Positions 50,422 to 62,496 of a DNA stretch of 64,000 bases are shown here, in pieces. The position numbers were made by a program, and so were the translations under genes. Under the pieces are notes generated by a model that saw only the letters and a list, made by a program, of their open reading frames with translations, did no database searches and was not told the DNA's origin. The stretch comes from Pristiophorus japonicus (Eukaryota): positions 19,530,001 to 19,594,000 of the forward strand of contig NC_091999.1 of NCBI RefSeq assembly GCF_044704955.1. The letters are read 5' to 3'. Every line of letters begins with the position of its first letter. The first letter of the stretch is position 1.

Positions 50422-52010
50422 TGCAGTGTTGCAATATGCACTAACTGATTGCTGCTACTGACATGCTGTCTCCGACGTTGGATATATTTCCTTTCCTGCG
50501 AGATGGGAACAGTTACACACATTTACACAACTACAAAATTAAACTTAACTCAAGTACTGTTGCTGGGTAGATTTGTATTTAATAGGCCTCATTCACAATG
50601 TAAAAGTTTTGCAGTTGGCTTTCAGCCAAGCGGTCAGTAGTGAGGAAACAGATCGTTGATGTACTGTAGAGAACCCCAGGTGCTTCTTGTAAATTATATT
50701 GAGTGTTGGAGCCTCGCTGACGGCAGTCGGCTAGTTTGCCACCAAATACTGTGCGGGTCAGATTAGTGTGAACAAGCATGGGAGAAAGATGGGATTTAAC
50801 TATTTGAACATTAAAATATAAGTAGTTGTCCGACAAGAAATATGTATTTTACGTGGTAAAGCTCCTAATGAATGAATTTCGGTAACGCCCATGTGCATAA
50901 CGTTATAAAACTTAATCAGAAAATAGCCAATTGCTGTTTGATTCAAACTATTTCCAAAGAAAGACATTTCTAGATCATCCATTCCCTTTATTCAGTACAG
51001 CACAAATTTCTGGAGTGAGGTTTAATGACCCCACCCCACACTGTAAGGAGATGAGTCGGAATCGCAAAGTAAATAAAACAGAGGTGGCATTACCTCGAAT
51101 CCGCTGCACTACGTTGAATATTCTCACATAATTCTGCTCCTGATTAAACTAAAGTCTCCCTTATTACTGATCAGCAGCTGCGCACTGTGCAATGTAATAT
51201 TGGCTTATTTGGATCCCTGAACACCCCTCTCAGCCCGGCTACCAATGGGTAGAGAAATGTTTCAGCGTGAGATAAAGCATTTATTCCTGTGATATTCTGT
51301 AACCTACTGCTATGTTCTGGCATACTGTGTTCCTGATACCCTTGTATGTTACAAATTCGGGTGCTATTAAAGTTAGTTGCAAGGATTTGGATGCCGGAGT
51401 TTTCTGATCACATTATCAGATCTGATTTACCAGCTTCTCTCCTAAAAAGCTGACCTGAAGCGGGCGGGCCCCACCTTATTATGTGTCTCCACAACTCGCT
51501 GCTTAATTATCAGGCAAGCGGACAATTTTACAACTAATTTTATAAAGGACTGTCTTAGCGTCCCAGACTCAGGGGCGATTAGAGAAAAGCAATGAGAGAT
51601 ACTTATGGCATGTGCTTGGTTTGTATTCATCTCTTGGCCCAAATCGTAGAGCTATGGTGATCCACTTTACCCATCTCCTGCATTCAGTTATAAAGACCAA
51701 GGAATTCATATTATAGTGGATAGTTTATTGGTAGAGAATGAGGGGATAGGTACCAGGAGATGGAGCAACACATGCTGGCAGTGCCTTTAGACCCTGATAA
51801 TGTAAATAAAACTTCGTTATTGCTGTCCCCTATAAGGGAGTGAGGAAATACAATGATTTCAATCCACAAAGTAATGCTTAACAAATTCTCAAATGTAATG
51901 TTACCACTTATTACAAATAACATATTGCATTGAAAGCATACCGCGAAATGACTCTCCCTGGATACTAATACACAGTCCACCATTAATAATAGCCCAGTGT
52001 CCATTCTGTT

Positions 52011-52126
52011 GGTCATGTGGAAGAAGTGACGTGGATCCAGAAGCCGCCTCTATCAGGGAATCAATGGGTGGCACCTGTAGCATTGCCCCCATCTCCCGGG
52101 TATTTAACTGCCAGTCACTGTGACTG
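52011..52126 (+). promoter_or_regulatory. Putative IgH V promoter without an octamer
   Basis: GGTCATGTGG (muE3-like) at 52011-52020, AGTGACGT (CRE/TCR-decamer-like) at 52025-52032, E-box CACCTG at 52072-52077 and TATTTAA at 52101-52107, about 95 bp upstream of the ATG. No ATGCAAAT seen nearby. Confidence 0.65.
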
Positions 52127-52199
52127 CAATACAACAGTCCGAGAGCGGGTTTCCTCAGTGAGTTCTAGCCTGAACCATTTACCACACTTTATCAGGAGG

Positions 52200-52245
52200 A
52201 TGAGGTTGGCGATTTCTCTTACTCTTTTGCTGGCTTTTTTAACCC
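52200..52245 (+). CDS. IGHV: Immunoglobulin heavy-chain leader exon
   Basis: MRLAISLTLLLAFLT followed by a phase-1 donor C|GTGAGT. Intron 52246-52372 ends ttattttcacag. Confidence 0.93.
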
Positions 52246-52372
52246 GTGAGTAGTTTTTATTGTCCAGTCTCTCAATGTTAATGTCTCAATCTTAGCATTC
52301 CTCTGGAATATTACTGAGTCAGGAATCATTTCTCCAGGATTAATCCTCCGGGTGTTTTGATTATTTTCACAG

Positions 52373-52735
52373 GTATCCAGACGGATGTTGTGTTGACTCA
52401 GCGCGAGGCAGAGACCAGGATTCCCGGAGGCTCCATGACTTTGAACTTTAAATCCAGCGGGCTCAGTCTTGGCAGCGACTGGATGAGCTGGGTCCGCCAT
52501 ATTCCAGGACAGGGGCTGGAGTGGCTGGTTTACTTCAACAGTCCGTCGAGCACATATTATGCCCCAGAGATTGAGGGCCGATTTAGTGCATCGAAACACC
52601 CTTCAAACAGTATCTTCACGTTGGATATGAAGAATCTGAGGGCCGAAGACACCGCCATCTATTACTGTGGAAGAGACGTTGGCTGGTACTCTCTCGCTGA
52701 GTGGCGACAGGGGACCATGGTGACAGTGACTACAG
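52373..52735 (+). CDS. IGHV: Immunoglobulin heavy-chain V-D-J exon pre-joined in genomic DNA (shark IgM-type VH; open frame, possibly non-functional)
   Basis: (R)[41 protein letters not shown] and [11 protein letters not shown] run directly into [22 protein letters not shown], then G|GT at 52735/52736. No RSS between V and J. Confidence 0.95.
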
Positions 52736-54311
52736 GTTAAAAAAAAACATACACTGATTTGGTAACTGTTGGATTTGAGTCTTTATTTTATATTTCTGTT
52801 TATTTCAATAATTCATTCATTCACTGAAACTTGGGTTCGCTGGGTTCTGTATTGAGATTTTCTGCAATGTTTTATGTGATACTGCTGCAAAACATTTATG
52901 GAACTAAACTGCTTCTCCACAGAAAATGATGTTGAGCGATTGAGCCCCTGATTGATATGATTTGGTGTTTGTTTTATTTTTATTTATTCATTGCCAATCT
53001 TTCCAATTCTTTGTCAGATCATCTCGTCAGATCACAAACGCCAGAGGTCACCTTGGGCCCATTCAAGGATCACTCTGTGCCAATGCTCTTAGCCAAAAGG
53101 CCTAGAGCCACTGCACCATTCCTGAAAGTACTGCAATACCAGTTTCGTGAAATAGGAGGTCGGTGGGGGGCACACATCCATTTGGTGTTTATCTGTTGAT
53201 CAGAATGTGCACCTGGGTTACTTTTAATGCCCAATGGTTGTTAAATGGTTTGGTGCTTCTACAATGTTTACTGTCAGTGACATCTAATGCGTTCTGTTTT
53301 TCTGACCAAATGTAAATATTATGCTTCAATATGTTTGAAATAAGATCTTAGGCAAAACACAGATAGCTTTAGCAGTCAAAAATAATCTTCAGATATTTTA
53401 ACCATCTTTTATTTCAGATATTTACCATTGTCATCTAATAATCTAATGTTCACTATCAGTCATATTTAAAACGTGAAATTTACTGTATGTAATAACCACT
53501 TAATTAACAATTTTGTAGCTTGAAACAACTTTAAATTAATATAAATTAAATTATTATAATGCAGTACTAGCACGCAATAGTACAACAATATCCTATATCA
53601 ATTTCAATTTGTTAAGCATGATCTGTCTACTCACAAATCTGCTGTCATTATTTTATACCTCTGCTTAATTCAATAATTATTTCGTTCAGTGATAGACGGG
53701 TTCAGTGGATTCTGTAGTGAGGTTCTTTTTGCCAAAATTACATTTGATTATCCTGAAAGGGTTTACAGAATTAAGCTGCTTCTTCACGAAACGTCCAGTT
53801 GCGGGATTCAGCCTCTAAATGCTTTGATTTGCTATTTATCTGCTTCGCAGAGTGTGTGGCTGTCTGGATTGGAATAACTAAACTTTGTGAAACTGTTTGG
53901 CTCTGTGCAATGTTTAATCTCAGTGACATCGAACTGCTACAGGTTTTTAGGATCCGTTTTCAACTGTTTGAAAGATTATTGTAGGCAGACAACAAGTAGG
54001 TTTTATAAATCAAATAATTTACTCCATCTGTGTATTTAAGTGATAATTACAGATTCAGCAGTTAATCAACTCTTTAAGGTGCACACATACGTGAAATTTT
54101 ACTGTAATTATGAATTATTCAACTAAAAATGTGCAGGTTTGAGGAGAGTTGAATTAATATCATTCAAACTATTATAATGCAGTAATATTGCCCAGTATCA
54201 CTAAACATAGTACATCATTAATATTAATGCTTTAAACATGAGTCACATTCCAAAATTCTGCTGCACACTGGTCACAATTAACGTCAGCAGAAAATTTAAG
54301 AGCATGGAGAC

Positions 54312-54579
54312 TGTAAAGTCCTGTCCCTGGAGGACAGACTCACACGAGGCATATGCTGAAGTCAAGGTCACTCAGGACCTTTACCTTTATTTCACAGCTC
54401 TCGAATGCCGAACTTGCCTGAGACCTCTCTTTAAACATCTGTGTGGAACAGGTATGCAGTGTCTCCTGAAAGTGCACCCCTTGTGGTAAGTTATGCTTGT
54501 GGTTAAAGGTCATATCTAGTTACAGACATCTATAGCGTGGTAAGATACAGTTATGTACAGTAATGTGAGATACATGATA
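54312..54579 (-). repeat. Gypsy 3' LTR
   Basis: TGTAAAG...CATGATA; adjacent to the PPT. Confidence 0.93.
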
Positions 54580-57500
54580 TCACCCTCCCCCAAGGTATTA
54601 TTGTCTTTATAGATTCAATCTCTCAGGTGGTCTATGCTCTCGCGTGGAGCATCTTAGTTGTGGTTCAGTTGTTTCCCTTGGTGCTTGTTTTTCTTTTGGT
54701 GTGTTTGTTGGTATCTCGCCTGGGCTGTCTGTTTCGATCAGTCTGATAGTTGGTATCTCGCCTGAGCTGTCTATTGAGATAGCCCTTTCCTCAGGTTGTT
54801 CCCTCTGTCTGTCCAGCAGGAGTGGTGTGAGTTCCACATTGTCATCTACCTCTGGTTCAGCAGTGTTGTTGGTGAATCTACTTTTTACTTGGACTACATG
54901 CCTCCGGCAGGTTTGGCCATTTTCCATTTGTACCACCAGTAGCGTGTTTCCTTCCGTGCCTGTTACTGTCCCTGCAATCCATTTGGGACCCCTGCCATAG
55001 TTTAGCACAAACACTTTGTCCCCTATCTCATTCCACCTCTCCCTCGAATTTCGGTTATGGTACTCAGTTCGCCTACGGCGCTTTGCCTCATCGATTTAAT
55101 GCATGTCTGGGAGGATTAACGAGTGCCTTGTCATTAAGGTCTGTTTCATTAATAGTTGCGCCGGGGGAACCCCAGTCAATGAATGCGGATGAGATCTGTA
55201 TGCCAGCAGCAGTCTCTCGTTTCAGTTATGTTCTTCAGACAATTCCGTGGTCGTCAGGACTAGCCTGCTAAGCGCGTTGGCTCAGTTGTCTGTGCCTGGT
55301 CTGTGCCTTATTGTGCATTGTAAGACGCCAGCATGAGTGCCCACCGCTGAATGCGCGCCGAGGCGTTGGTGTTTATGCCTTGATCTCAGATAGTAGGGAC
55401 GTGAGGGGCTTGTGGTCGCTTTCTAACACGAACCTGGCCCCAAAAAGATTTTGGTGCATCTTTATGACAGGGTTAACGCAAGCGAGCACCTCCTTCTCCA
55501 CAATAGCGTACCAGCGCTCCGCCCGCGAAAATGATCTGCAGGCATAAGCTATGGGTTGTAATTTACCCGCACGATTGACGTGCTGTAAAATGCACCCGAC
55601 CCCGTAAGCTGATGCATCAAATGTAAGAACTAGCTTTTTACCTGGATCAAAAAAAGCCAAAACACTGTTGGAACATAGAAGGTTGCGGGCCTTAATGAAG
55701 GCGCATTCCTGGGCGTCCCCGAAAACCAATCGCACCTCTTTCTGAGTAGCACGTGGAGAGGCTCCAGCAGCATGCTTAATTTCTGCATTAAAATTCCCAA
55801 AGTATTTGAGTAGCCCGAGAAAGGCGTGCAGTTATGAAACATTCGGGGGCGTGAGTGCCAGACGAATTGCTTCAGTTTTGCATTCAGTTGGGCGGATTCC
55901 ATCAGCGGCAATCTGTCTGCCCAAAAATTCAACCTCGGGCGCGATAAACAGACCCTTCGATTTCTTAACTCTTAGGCCTACCTGATCCAACCGCTTTTGT
56001 ACTTCCTCCCAATTGCAGAGATGGGAGTCGGTGTCCATGCCCGTGATAAGTATGTTGTGTTGAAACACAACTGTCCCCGGGATGGACTTGAGCAGACTCT
56101 CCATGTTGCGCTGGAATATAGCAGCTGCCGACCTGATGCCGAATGGGCATCGATTGTGCATCAAAAGGCCTCGATATGTGTTGATGGTGGTGAGTCACTT
56201 CGCCACTTCGGTCAGTACGCAGATGTGAGGTCTAGTTTGGAGAAAAGTTTTCCTCCAGCCAATGTGGCAAATACATCCTCCGCTCTGGGCAGCAGGTATT
56301 GGTCCTGTAGGGAGACTCTGTTTATGGTAGATTTGTAATCACCATAGATTCGTACGGATCCATCTGGTTTCATGACTGGGATGATGGGATTTGCCCATTC
56401 GCTAAATTTCACGGGTGAGACAATTCCTTCCCGCAGAAGCCTGTCCAATTCATGTTCATTCTTTTCCCGCATCACATAGGGCACATCTCTAGCCTTTTGA
56501 TGGACCGGTCTAGCATCCTGTGTGATGTACATTTTAACTTTAACCCCTTTGAAGGTACCCACACCTTGCTGAAAGAGATGTTCAAATCGACTTAGAACTG
56601 TTGAGCAGGAGGTCCGTTCCTCTGACGACATGGCATGAACTTCATCCCATTTCCAATTTAGTTTTGCCAGCAGTGCTGGGAGATCTCCAGGGACAATCCA
56701 CAGGGGAAGTTGGTTCACTGTCCCTTTGTGTGTGACTGAGAGCATGGCGCTGCCAAGGACTGGGACAAAATCTTTCGGTGTGTTTGTTGGTATCTCACCT
56801 GGGCTGTCTGTTTCGTTCAGTATGATTGTTGGTATTTGACGACAGGCGGCCCTGTAGCGTGGGACCTTGGATGTTAAGCATGCCTTGTTTAATGATTTGC
56901 ACTGCTCGCTCAGCCTGGCCATTGGAGGCCGGCTTGAACGGTTCCGTTAACATGATTTATGCCGTGATCAACTATAAAATCTTGAAATTCTACGCTGGTG
57001 AAGCACGGACCATTATCACTGACCAATATGTCAGTAATTCCGTGCGTTGCAAACATGGTCCCAAGGCTCTCCACAGTGGTGGAGGTGGTGCTCGAGTTTA
57101 AAATGGTGCATTTGATCCACTTTGAAAATGCATCTACAACTACGAGGAACATTTTGCCCATGAATGGGCTCGCATAGTCTACCTGCACCCGGGACTACGG
57201 TTTGGTTGGCCAGGGCCAGGGGTTCAGGGGGCCTCCCTGGGGGCATTACTGAGTTGGGCACAAATTGTGCACCGTCGGACGCAGAGATCCAACTCCGCAT
57301 CAATGCCAGGCCACCAGACGTGGGATCTGGCAGTGGCCTTCATGAGAATGATCCCCGGGTGCTCATGGTGGTACTCCCGGACAAATGCCTCTCTGCCTCG
57401 CAGAGGCATAACTACTCAGCTGCCCCACATCAGGCAGTCAGCCTGTAGTGATAGTTCATGCATGTGCCTATGGAAAGCTTTGATCTCCTCAGGGCAGACA

Positions 57501-60500
57501 TCGCGAGCCTCTGCCCAGTCACCAGTTAAGACACATCGTTTGACTAAGGATAACGTGGGGTCGCTGGTCGACCAGGCTCTAATTTGGCGAGCCGTCATGA
57601 GCGAACCTGTGGACTCAAAGGCATTGATTGCCATGACTATCTCACAGTCCTGTTTGTCAGACCCTTCCGTGGTCGCCAGGGGTAGCCTGCTAAGCGCGTC
57701 GGCACAGTTGTCTGTGCCTGGTATGTGCCGAATTATGTAGTCGTAACACGCCAGCATGAGTGCCCACCGTTGAATGCGCGCCGAGGCTTTGGCGTTTATT
57801 GCCTTGCTCTCAGATAGTGGGGACGTGAGCGGCTTGTGGTCGCTTTCTAACACGAACTTGGCTCCGAAAAGGTATAGGTGCATCTTTTTGACACCGTACA
57901 TGCACGCGAGCGCCTCCTTCACCACCATACCGTACCCGCGCTACGCCCGCGAAAGTGATCTGGAGGCATAAGCTATGGGTTGTAATTTACCCACACCATT
58001 GACATGCTGTAAAACACAGCCGATCCCATATGCTGACGCATCACATGTAAGAACTAGTTTTTTATCTGGATCAAAAAAAAACACTGTTGGAACATAGAAG
58101 GTTGCGTGCCTTATTGAAGGCGCGTTCCTGGGCTTCCCCCCAAAACAATTCGCACCCCTTTCTGAGTAGCACGTGGAGAGGCTCCAGCAGCGTGCTTAAT
58201 TTCTGCATAAAGTTCCCAAAGTAATTGAGTAGCCCGAGAAAGGCGCGCAGTTCTGAGACATTCCGGGGCTTGGGTGCCAGACGAATTGCTTCGGTTTTGG
58301 ATTCTGTTGGGCGGATTCCATCAGCGGCAATCCGTCTGCCCAAAAATTCAACCTCGTGCGTGAGAAACAGGCCCTTCAATTAATAATTCTTAGGCCTATC
58401 CAATCCAATCGCTTTAGTACTTCCTCCAAATTGCAGAGATGGGAGACGGTGTCCCTGCCCGTGATAAGTATATCATCTTGAAACACAACCGTCCCTGGAA
58501 TGGACTTGAGCAGACTCTCCATGTTGCGCTGGAATATAGCAGCTGCCGACCTGATGCCGAATGGGCATCGATTGTACATGAAAAGGCCTCGATATGTTTT
58601 GATGGTGGTGAGTCGCTTAGACTCTTCGGTTAGTTCTTGCGTCATGTACGCAGATGTGAGGTCTAGTTTCGAGAAAAGTTTTCCTCCAGCCAATGTGGCA
58701 AATATATCCTCCGCTCTGGGCAGCAGGTATTGGTCCTGTAGGGAGACTCTGTTTATGCTAGATTTGTAATCCCCACAGATTCGTACGGATCAATCAGGCT
58801 TCATGACTGGGACGATGGGATTTGCCCAGTCGCTAAATTCAACGGCTGAGACAATGCCTTCCCGCAGAAGCCTGTCCAGTTCATGTTCATTCTTTTCCCG
58901 CATCACATAGGGCACAGCTCTAGCCTTTTGATGGACCGGTCTAGCATCCTGTGTGATGTACATTTTAACTTTAGCCCCTTTGAAGGTACCCAAACCTTGC
59001 TGAAAGAGATGTTCAAATCGACTTAGAACTGTTGAGCAGGAGGTCTGTTCCTCTGACGACATGGCGTGAACATCATCGCACTTTCAAGTTAGTTTTGCCA
59101 GCAGTGATGGGAGATCTCCAGGGACAATCCACAGGGGAAGTCGGTTCACTGTCCCTTTGTGTGTGACTGAGAGCATGGCGCTGCCAAGGACTGGGACGAT
59201 TTCTTTCGGTGTGTTTGTTGGTATCTCACCTGGGCTGTCTGTTTCGTTCAGTATAATTGTTGGTATTTGACGACAGGCGGCCCTGTAGCGTGGGACCTTG
59301 GATTTTAAGCATGCCTTGTTTAATGACATGGCGCGAACATCATCCGATTTCCAATTTAGTTTTGCCAGCCAACTTCTCCCCAACAGTCCTGGGAGATCTT
59401 CGGGGACAATCCACAGGGGAAGTCGGTTCGCTCTCCCTTTGTGTGTGAGTGAGAGCATGGCGCTGCCAAGGACTGGGATGATTTCTTTCCGATAGGTCCT
59501 TAGTTTGGTGTCGATCCTTGTGAGTTTTGATCTGTTGCTATAGTGCGGCCCCAGCTGTTCAAATTGATGAGCGCTAATGGGAGATTGACTCGCTCCCATA
59601 TCCAGTGCCATGTTTACGGGTATCCCGTTGAGTAGGAACCTCATCATTATTGGAGGCATCTTGTTGTAAGAACAGTGTCCACTGATCGTGTTGACCCACT
59701 GTACCTCGGTGTCCCGGGCACTGTCCCCACTGTCTTCTGGTCTGCATTCCGACCCTTCTGATGCGCATACAAGCCGAGCTGCTGTTTTTCTGCGCATGCG
59801 CGCCAGATGCCCTGTATAGTTGCAGTTTCTGCAAACGGCATGCTGAAATTGATGAGTGCCTTCCCCTACATCCCCAGCACAAACCGCTTCCATTGTTTCC
59901 GAAAGAAGAGCTGCGTCTAATTGATCACTCTTGAGCTTCTCTCAGTTTATAGTTGATTGATCGCATTGTTGCTTGATGAGGTGTGAACGGCCGTTCTTGT
60001 GGCCCTTGGTGGCTTTTGGCGCCACTGCCTGCTGTTGAGGGCCTGCTCTCCTGCCTTTGTCTGTGTGTGGGGTAGCGGCTTGTTTCACGCTGTGAATCCT
60101 TTGTTCGATGTTTCGTTAGTTGTCGTACCTGCAGTGTAGATCAACCTCGTTTCTTCTTCTCCTGCCAAGAATGTCTGTGCAACTAGTGCTGGTACCTCTA
60201 GGATCAAGTTCGTTGTCTCCATGAGCTTTCAAAATATGCCTGCGTGGCCTATTCCTTCAATAACAAAGTCTCTCAGTACTTGTCTCCTTAGTTCATTGGA
60301 GAACTCACATAATCTAGCCAGCCTCCGAAGTTCTGCCACAATGTCGGGTATGCTCTGGCCCACACAGCGTCTGTAGTTGTACAATATGTGTCTGGCCACG
60401 TGTAGGCTGCTCGCTGGCTTCAGATGGTCTCTCACCAGTGTGCTCAACTCCTCAAACGACTTGCTTGCTGGTTTCTCGGGTGCCAGCAAGTCCTTCATTA

Positions 60501-60692
60501 ATGCGTATGTTTTCGAGCCACAGCTGGTCAAGAGATGGGCTCTTCTCTTGTCTGCCTTATCGTCGCCTAACCAGTCTTTGGTTACAAAGCTTTAGTGGAG
60601 GCTTTCTATAAAGTCCTCCCAATTATCTCCAGCATTGTATTTTTCATCTGAGCCGTTGGTCGCCATTCTGTGATCTTGTAACTCATCGCCAC

Positions 60693-60960
60693 TGTAAAGT
60701 CCTGTCCCTGGAAGACAGACTCACACGAGGCACATGCTGAAGTCAAGGTCACTCAGGACCTGCACCTTTGTTTCACAGCTCTCGAATGCCGCACAATGCC
60801 TGAGGCCTCTCTTTATATACCTGTGTATATAGCTATGCAGTGTCTCCTGCAAGTGCACCCCTGATGGTAATGTATGCTTGTGGTTACTGGTCATATCTAG
60901 TTACAGTCAGTTATAGCATGGTAAGATACAGTTATGTACAGTAATGTGAGATACATGACA
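60693..60960 (-). repeat. Gypsy 5' LTR
   Basis: TGTAAAG...CATGACA; adjacent to the PBS. Roughly 10% divergent from the other LTR by manual count. Confidence 0.93.
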
Positions 60961-62496
60961 GAGTCAATTTCTAATTAAGCTTGAAATTATTTTATTAATG
61001 TCGGACTGATTCCACCACAGTTGAATGAGGTAAAAAAATAAATGTTTAAAATTAATTGTTATCTCCCTGTTTTACACAGATTGTCAATTGCATGCGCGTT
61101 GTAAATTGCAGTTTGTAAATGTCATAAATCTGTCGGGTTATTAAATTCTTATTGTTCAGCCGAAACCGTGTAATTTCGTCCGTATTATTTGTTGTTTGAT
61201 AGCGAGCCAATTATCAGTAAACTAACCTGAAATCGTTCGTAAGATCATGAATTGAATAACAACACGCTGTCCCCATGGCTGAGCTGCAAACGGAACAGAA
61301 TTATAGACAGTGAACAGATTGCAACTGGGAGATATATTTACTTCTCATTCATAATAAATTGATCAACACAATCTCTCCTATACTTGTTCATTGCATTTCA
61401 GTGTCGCTGGCAGTCAAAGCATTGTTCATATGATTCTATTTAAACTCAGTAACGCTGGAGACAGGCACATAACCCACTGAAATTCAAGCAGATTAATTTA
61501 ATTACTAAAGGTCATTGTTATTTTTGAATTGAATAACAACATCCTGTCTTCCACTTTTATCGACAGTGCTGTTATCGAAAGTGAACAAATTACATCTGAG
61601 AATTATATTTAATTCTCATTCATGGAAATTGATCAACAAAATCTCTCCTCCATTTGCTCATTGCATTTCAGTGTCGCAGATGGTCTGAATGATTTGTTCC
61701 CCGCCAGTTTTTTTGATCATTCTCGAACGTAGTTTCAATAAATAGCCGAATATATTTAATAATTAATTTACTGGCATTCTGTTAATTACGGGAGTATAAA
61801 ATAAAAAGATTGACTGTGTTATTAAACAGCCGGGACTCTGTTACTGACTGCCTGTTGCTTTTACTTCATAAAACATTATTTTATAGTTAAGATTGAGGTT
61901 AATGTTTGAACTGGAGTACCCTGATTTAGTAAACACACTGCGTTACAGCCCATCGGTAGTTAGTGAGATGGAGCCAGGGCCAGAATTTGAACTATTTCAA
62001 ATAGTCCACTCCTAAATCCATCATGTGGAATGCAGTCTGAGAAAATATGGAGTTCATGTTGTCTCAGAGAGTTCAGTAACATGCAGTTTGCAAGTGTGTA
62101 TATAGAGATCGGGAATGTGTTGGAATTAGTGACCGTTTTAACTTTTTCAAATTAATTTAAGTAAAAATAACATATTCGTCTAAATGTCTGTAACTATTAC
62201 TATGATTCATAATATTTTAATATTGGTAAGTGCCATGTTAATTTAACTGAAACCGTAATTGATCACAAGTTAACAGTTAGAAACATGATTAAAATGAATA
62301 ACAACTAATTGTATTATAATTCAGATAACATCAATGTTCTCTTAAAATATAATATCAGTGCAAATTTATTGAACATAAACGACCTTTCACAACTGAGTTG
62401 TACACTGGATAGGATTACAGTTACTGCAAAATTTCACGGGTTGGAGAGAATGTTAAATTATGTCGAAAATGAATTTAGAAAACAATACATATCTTA

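Larger units (their letters stand above)
54312..60960 (-). mobile_element. Gypsy/Ty3 LTR retrotransposon, decayed and internally rearranged
   Basis: Two 268-bp LTRs. TSD GAGAC (54307-54311) versus GAGTC (60961-60965). PBS TGGCGATGAG at about 60682-60691 and PPT at about 54580-54594. Domain order: gag (ATG 60666), Zn knuckle, protease (LDMGAS), RT (FQDDIL), RNase H, then integrase (HHCC, VSDNG). Confidence 0.96.

Noticed and set aside
52116-52122. CACTGTG heptamer in the IgH promoter as a functional RSS
   Set aside because: No nonamer-like sequence at 12- or 23-bp spacing.
52200-52735. Processed (retroposed) Ig pseudogene
   Set aside because: The leader intron, promoter motifs and J splice donor are retained, and there is no fused C region or polyA tail.
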